Shown here one piece after another: positions 59,020 through 64,000 of a DNA stretch of 64,000 nt (within the stretch, counting starts at the first letter, position 1; every line of letters starts with the position of its first letter). Under the pieces are notes generated by a model, which worked only from the letters and a program-made list of their open reading frames with translations, was not told the DNA's origin and made no database searches. The stretch covers positions 1 through 64,000 of the forward strand of contig JBNKUM010000040.1 of the NCBI GenBank assembly GCA_050298595.1, written 5' to 3'. The stretch comes from Gammaproteobacteria bacterium (GTDB lineage Bacteria > Pseudomonadota > Gammaproteobacteria > GCA-001735895). The position numbers were made by a program, and so were the translations under genes.

Positions 59020-59688
59020 TTGTTCATTTTTTACAATTTAACACTACCATTTGAGATTAATAAATACGTGACTACTTTAGATGCTATATATAGATGGATT
59101 GAGGTAGATGGTTTTGAGTATAAGGTTCCAAAGAACATTACTCGTATCGATCCCTCAAGATATGATACAAACACAACGGGTTGGCAACTACGGTTTTCTC
59201 GAAAAGGAGAGCCTTATTATTCCAAAATGTTTTCTGACAATGTCTGGGGCAATGTCGATGAAGCGTTATCAGCTGCACTTGAAGAATGGGAAAAGCAACT
59301 TGAGAGCCGAAAATCACCATTTCTAGCAAGGCTTAAGAAAAAAACGCTAAAAGGTAAAAATTTGCCATGCGGGATTCATTTTAGTACATCAACAAAAAAA
59401 AATCGTCGCTATGCTGAATATTCTTTCGTAGTTACCATTTGTTTACCACAGGAAAGGGTTTATAAATCATTCTACATCGGAACGGAAAATACAATTTCAT
59501 CAGACAAATTTTATCAAAAGCAAAAGGAAGCGGTCGCCTTTAGATTGTATGCTGAACACCTTATGTTTAAAGGAGATTTCGCTAAAGTGTCAAAACAAAT
59601 GAAAATCCCTAAAACTTTTATTGAATCGAAAAAGAAAGAAATTAATAAAATTTATTTAAGGCTATCGAAGGTTATTAAACCTTCCTGA
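59020..59688 (+). CDS. AT-rich basic protein with AP2-like DNA-binding domains (start uncertain)
   Basis: NITRID..T.GWQLRF.R....SK.FSD..G...AL.AA and KSFYIG......A.AFR. Confidence 0.55.
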   Translation: MFIFYNLTLPFEINKYVTTLDAIYRWIEVDGFEYKVPKNITRIDPSRYDTNTTGWQLRFSRKGEPYYSKMFSDNVWGNVDEALSAALEEWEKQLESRKSPFLARLKKKTLKGKNLPCGIHFSTSTKKNRRYAEYSFVVTICLPQERVYKSFYIGTENTISSDKFYQKQKEAVAFRLYAEHLMFKGDFAKVSKQMKIPKTFIESKKKEINKIYLRLSKVIKPS

Positions 59689-59737
59689 ATACAGCTGAAA
59701 CTCAGCTGATTCACCGCATTTAAAAAAACACTTGTTT

Positions 59738-59870
59738 GGTTTTCAGCATGGATGCTGTTATTTCGCGAATGCATGGACGCCTAAAGGGATTTAGGTGATA
59801 GTGCGAAGCACGACTCCAGGGAAGTAGGAGGTAGGGCGAAGCAGGATGCCTGAGCTGAGGATACCAAAGC
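59738..59870. repeat. Composite repeat built from MITE internal modules
   Basis: ggttttcagcatggatgctgttatttcgcgaatgcatg as at ~36823; gtagggcgaagcaggatgcctgagc is the reverse complement of ~32253-32277. Confidence 0.7.
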
Positions 59871-59894
59871 CGAGCTTTTCAACGCCGAACGGGA

Positions 59895-60506
59895 TCAGTT
59901 CAGCATTCCTTTATCAATAATAAAACTGACGACTTCCTGCAGCCCGGTATCCTTCTTTAAATTGGTGAACACATAGGGTTTGTCACCGCGCATACGCTTT
60001 GTGTCAGCTTCCATCACTTCAAGCGATGCACCGACATAAGGAGCCAGGTCTATTTTATTGATCACCAGCAAATCAGATCGAGTTATACCCGGCCCACCTT
60101 TACGTGGGATTTTTTCGCCTTCTGCAACGTCAATCACGTATATCATCAGGTCGGCCAGCTCGGGGCTAAAAGTTGCTGATAGATTATCGCCTCCACTTTC
60201 TATAAAAATCGCATCCAGATTACCAAAGCGTTCTGTCAGGTCTTCTACAGCAGCCAGGTTCATAGAGGCATCTTCACGAATTGCCGTATGTGGGCAGCCA
60301 CCAGTCTCGACGCCTACGATACGGTCAGCTGCCAGCGCTTCGCTGCGTACCAGATACTCGGCATCTTCGCGTGTGTAGATATCATTGGTGACCACCGCTA
60401 TTTGATAATCGTCGCGCATGGTTTTGCACAGCCGGTCCAGCAGAGCCGTTTTGCCCGAGCCTACCGGGCCACCAATGCCTATTCGTAAGGGTTGCTTATC
60501 TGTCAT
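59895..60506 (-). CDS. ureG: Urease accessory GTPase UreG
   Basis: [27 protein letters not shown]. Confidence 0.97.
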   Translation of the reverse strand: MTDKQPLRIGIGGPVGSGKTALLDRLCKTMRDDYQIAVVTNDIYTREDAEYLVRSEALAADRIVGVETGGCPHTAIREDASMNLAAVEDLTERFGNLDAIFIESGGDNLSATFSPELADLMIYVIDVAEGEKIPRKGGPGITRSDLLVINKIDLAPYVGASLEVMEADTKRMRGDKPYVFTNLKKDTGLQEVVSFIIDKGMLN

Positions 60507-60530
60507 TTTATTGCCTGTCTCTGTTTGATT

Positions 60531-61202
60531 TTAAGAACGGAATAATCTTGTATATTGAGTTTCATGTTGAGCACTGGCAATCGACATCGCCATGGAAGAA
60601 CTGCCTATATCCATATCTTCGACCAAAGCAGCCTGCTCGATAATATAGGGCAGGCGTTCAGAGAGCTTGAAGATCACTCTTTGTCCTGCACTCTGCCCCA
60701 GTGGAATAATCTTTACCGCTGAAAGTACGGTGTTTTCCAGCCAACTCCATGATAGTCCATAACCCGCATTCTGCTGATTGATACCCCAGTGTACGCAGGC
60801 GTAACTGAAGCAGGCGTGCTGCGAGCCCATTAATTCATCCTTGTGAGATTTCGCTGCAGGTTCAAGCGAGGTTAATACCTGATAGAAAGCACGCGCACGA
60901 TTAAGCTCTTCCTGTCGTAGTTCTGATGTTTCTCGACTAGCCAGCAGGTATTCATTCCAGTGATGAATCCCCTCTATATCCTGACTGGTCCAGGCATCCA
61001 TCATGCGGAATAACACTGGTAATTCCAGATAGCATAGATTGCTTTCCATCAAGCCGCTTAACCATGCATCCAGATCATCTTCGCTTTTAATCCAGCCTGC
61101 CTCAACCGCCCATTCAACACCCTGTGAATAGGTATAGCTTCCAATCGGTAACGAAGGGCTAATCAGTTGAAATAATCGGGTTAGAGCCAGATCAGTGCGC
61201 AT
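60531..61202 (-). CDS. ureF: Urease accessory protein UreF
   Basis: SPSLPIGSYTYSQG.E, PLGQ..GQ, HETQYTRLFRS; start placed at MRTD. Confidence 0.95.
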   Translation of the reverse strand: MRTDLALTRLFQLISPSLPIGSYTYSQGVEWAVEAGWIKSEDDLDAWLSGLMESNLCYLELPVLFRMMDAWTSQDIEGIHHWNEYLLASRETSELRQEELNRARAFYQVLTSLEPAAKSHKDELMGSQHACFSYACVHWGINQQNAGYGLSWSWLENTVLSAVKIIPLGQSAGQRVIFKLSERLPYIIEQAALVEDMDIGSSSMAMSIASAQHETQYTRLFRS

Positions 61203-61647
61203 GCTGGTGAGCACCGGAAGTCGTATGACTGTGATAGGCACCGGCTTCCGGTTCGAATGGAGCCTGCTCTACCTTCACATGCAGCCCCATGCCATGCAGC
61301 ATATCATCCAGCACATGATCATGCTGATAACGAATGAACTCGGCTGTAATCTGCAATGGCACATGGCGGTTGCCCAGATGGTAGCAGGCTTTGGCAATCA
61401 GCAGGGGATCATCGATATAGAGACTACTTACGGTTTCACTGGCAGCAACAATATCAATCACTTCGCCTGTTTCTGCCTGTAAGCGATCGCCATGTTGCAT
61501 CACGCTACCACGTGGTAGAAACAGCCCGGCTTCTTCACCATTGTCCAGCATCACTTTCTGACGCGATTTGATGCGCAGCTCCAGCGGCAGAGTAATCGTG
61601 CTGTAGCTGCTAAGCTCTGCTTCGGTAAATTGTGTAAAACGTAACAT
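61192..61647 (-). CDS. ureE: Urease nickel chaperone UreE
   Basis: YHLGNRH, F.PE.GAY, short His tail. Confidence 0.95.
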   Translation of the reverse strand: MLRFTQFTEAELSSYSTITLPLELRIKSRQKVMLDNGEEAGLFLPRGSVMQHGDRLQAETGEVIDIVAASETVSSLYIDDPLLIAKACYHLGNRHVPLQITAEFIRYQHDHVLDDMLHGMGLHVKVEQAPFEPEAGAYHSHTTSGAHQHAH

Positions 61648-61649
61648 AG

Positions 61650-63353
61650 TCAGAATAGAAAATATTTTTGTGCCATGGGTAATTCACTGGCTGGTTCACA
61701 GATTAGCAATTCACCATCCGCATGCACCTGATAGGTTTGCGAATCTACTGTAATTTCAGGCATATAATCATTGTGAATCATGGATGACTTACCGATGTTA
61801 CGACAGCCTTTGACATGACCGATTAGCGATTGCAGATTCAGTTGCTGATGCACTCCGGCCTGTATCGCCGCCTCGGATAGAAAGGTCATGGTGGTTTTAC
61901 CTCTGGCCTTACCCAATGCACCGAACATATGGCGATAATGCACCGGCTGTGGTGTAGGAATAGAGGCATTAGGGTCACCCATGGGTGCTGCGATAATCAA
62001 GCCGCCCTTGATAATGAGTGAAGGTTTGGTGCCAAAGAAGGCGGGCTTCCACAGCACCAGATCGGCCAGCTTGCCGACTTCCACCGACCCCACTTCATGC
62101 GAGATACCATGCGCTATCGCCGGGTTGATGGTGTACTTGGAGATATAGCGACGCACACGCATATTATCCGCTTTATCACTATCGCCATCCAGACTACCGC
62201 GCTGCACCTTCATCTTATGGGCGGTTTGCCAGGTACGGGTAATCACTTCACCTACACGACCCATGGCCTGTGAATCGGAAGCAATCATCGAGAATGCACC
62301 CTTGTCATGCAGAATATCTTCGGCAGCTATAGTCTCGCGTCGAATACGCGATTCGGCAAAGGAAACATCTTCTGCAATATTGGGGTCAAGGTGATGACAG
62401 ACCATCAACATATCCAGATGCTCATCCACTGTATTCACTGTATAGGGTCGGGTTGGATTGGTCGATGATGGCAATACATGAGAAAAACCAGCAGCCTTGA
62501 TAATATCAGGCGCATGGCCACCACCGGCACCTTCGGTATGGTAGGTATGTATGGTACGACCTTTCATTGCCTTTAGCGTATCTTCCACAAAGCCAGATTC
62601 ATTTAAGGTATCAGTGTGGATAGCGACCTGAACATCCATCGCCTCGGCTACGGACAGGCAATTATCGATAGCAGCTGGTGTAGTGCCCCAGTCTTCGTGT
62701 AGTTTCAGACCAATGGCACCGGCTTTCACCTGCTCTTCCAGTGCCGCTGGCAGGCTTGCATTACCCTTGCCCAGAAAACCCAGGTTCATCGGCAGATCAT
62801 CCGCAGCTTCCAGCATACGATGGATATTCCATGGGCCTGGTGTGCAGGTGGTTGCATTGGTTCCTGTCGCAGGGCCAGTGCCGCCGCCCAACATAGTGGT
62901 GACACCTGACATCAGCGCATCATCGACCTGTTGCGGGCAGATAAAATGTATATGCGAATCGATACCTCCAGCAGTAAGGATCTGACCTTCGCCAGCAATC
63001 GCTTCGGTACCTGGACCAACAACGATATTCACTCCGGCCTGGGTATCTGGGTTACCGGCTTTACCGATACCGCTAATGCGGCCATTCTTGATTCCCACAT
63101 CGGCCTTAATCACACCCCAGTGATCCACGATTAATGCATTGGTGATGACCACATCGACTACTTCATCCGCTACGCGCTGACATTGTCCCATGCCATCACG
63201 AATCACCTTACCGCCGCCGAATTTTACCTCGTCGCCGTAAACGGTTTTATCATCCTCTACCCTGATCCATAACTCGCTATCGCCCAGACGAACACGATCC
63301 CCGGTGGTGGGGCCATACATTTCTGCATAAGCCTGTCTTGATATCTTAGCCAT
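61650..63353 (-). CDS. ureC: Urease alpha (catalytic) subunit
   Basis: [41 protein letters not shown]. Confidence 0.98.
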   Translation of the reverse strand: MAKISRQAYAEMYGPTTGDRVRLGDSELWIRVEDDKTVYGDEVKFGGGKVIRDGMGQCQRVADEVVDVVITNALIVDHWGVIKADVGIKNGRISGIGKAGNPDTQAGVNIVVGPGTEAIAGEGQILTAGGIDSHIHFICPQQVDDALMSGVTTMLGGGTGPATGTNATTCTPGPWNIHRMLEAADDLPMNLGFLGKGNASLPAALEEQVKAGAIGLKLHEDWGTTPAAIDNCLSVAEAMDVQVAIHTDTLNESGFVEDTLKAMKGRTIHTYHTEGAGGGHAPDIIKAAGFSHVLPSSTNPTRPYTVNTVDEHLDMLMVCHHLDPNIAEDVSFAESRIRRETIAAEDILHDKGAFSMIASDSQAMGRVGEVITRTWQTAHKMKVQRGSLDGDSDKADNMRVRRYISKYTINPAIAHGISHEVGSVEVGKLADLVLWKPAFFGTKPSLIIKGGLIIAAPMGDPNASIPTPQPVHYRHMFGALGKARGKTTMTFLSEAAIQAGVHQQLNLQSLIGHVKGCRNIGKSSMIHNDYMPEITVDSQTYQVHADGELLICEPASELPMAQKYFLF

Positions 63354-63979
63354 TAGTCAACCTTCCCCATTACCTGTGCGTTGAATCCGTAGATCACCTG
63401 TTCACCAGCATATTTCACCAGCGCTACCGTGCGGCTTTGTCCCGGCTCAAATCGAACCGCCGTGCCTGCCGGAATATCCAGCCGGTAGCCTTTGCAGATT
63501 TCTCGATCAAACTGTAATGCAGAGTTGGTTTCATAGAAGTGGTAATGCGAACCAACCTGAATCGGACGATCACCCGTATTGGAAACCTCGACCTCGACCA
63601 TTTCACGAAAGGCATTCAGCTCTATGTCACCTGGCTCAGTAATGACTTCACCTGCAATCAAGGCAGGGGCTTTATTACTGATGATCGGCTCATGTACGGT
63701 GACCAGCTTGGTGCCATCCGGGAAGGTGGCTTCCACCTGCACATCGTGGATCATTTCAGGTACACCATCCATCACATCATCGCCTGTGAGCAGTGTGCGC
63801 CCATAGTCCATTAATTCAGCGACGGTTTTACCTTCTCGCGCACCTTCCATAATCTCGGCACTGATAAAAGCAATAGCTTCAGGGTAGTTCAACTTCAGGC
63901 CCTTATTTTTACGCCTTTCGGCCAGCAGGCCTGCGCTGAAGATGAGTAATTTATCTTTTTCTCTGGGTGTTAATTCCAT
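63353..63979 (-). CDS. ureAB: Fused urease gamma-beta subunit
   Basis: [25 protein letters not shown] continues without a stop into [22 protein letters not shown]. Confidence 0.95.
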   Translation of the reverse strand: MELTPREKDKLLIFSAGLLAERRKNKGLKLNYPEAIAFISAEIMEGAREGKTVAELMDYGRTLLTGDDVMDGVPEMIHDVQVEATFPDGTKLVTVHEPIISNKAPALIAGEVITEPGDIELNAFREMVEVEVSNTGDRPIQVGSHYHFYETNSALQFDREICKGYRLDIPAGTAVRFEPGQSRTVALVKYAGEQVIYGFNAQVMGKVD

Positions 63980-64000
63980 AGTCTTTCCTGTTGGTTTTCA

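Overview
Gammaproteobacterial-looking chromosomal window rich in signalling and accessory DNA. Left end (minus strand): an operon encoding a GAF-MFP, a PqqD-like/M50-protease/MFP fusion, a short SecA paralog and an MFP, followed by a giant LEPR-XLL/DUF4347 adhesin-like protein that runs off the edge. This looks like an ABC-less, T1SS-related export system. 11.6-24.7 kb and 39.3-45.5 kb: sensor-kinase cassettes, each a repeated ~180-bp non-coding leader, variable input genes and a hybrid kinase with near-identical output module and tail. The inputs are TBDR+YfiR, a solute-binding protein, and, most notably, a fully coupled MASE3-PAS / corrinoid protein / Zn-ligand-less MtaA-like / DUF1638 set, i.e. 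a candidate B12-based sensory system. It lies beside corrinoid-associated accessory genes. Also present: a tandemly duplicated TBDR-YfiR pair with divergent loops upstream of one diguanylate cyclase, several MITE/REP families, an IS6 relic, degenerate attC-like sites, pseudogene fragments, small unannotated ORFs, a CHASE2 Ser/Thr kinase, a cNMP-domain Na+/H+ antiporter and a urease operon with fused gamma-beta subunit. No rRNA, tRNA or CRISPR seen. All family calls are by eye from motifs; no searches were run.
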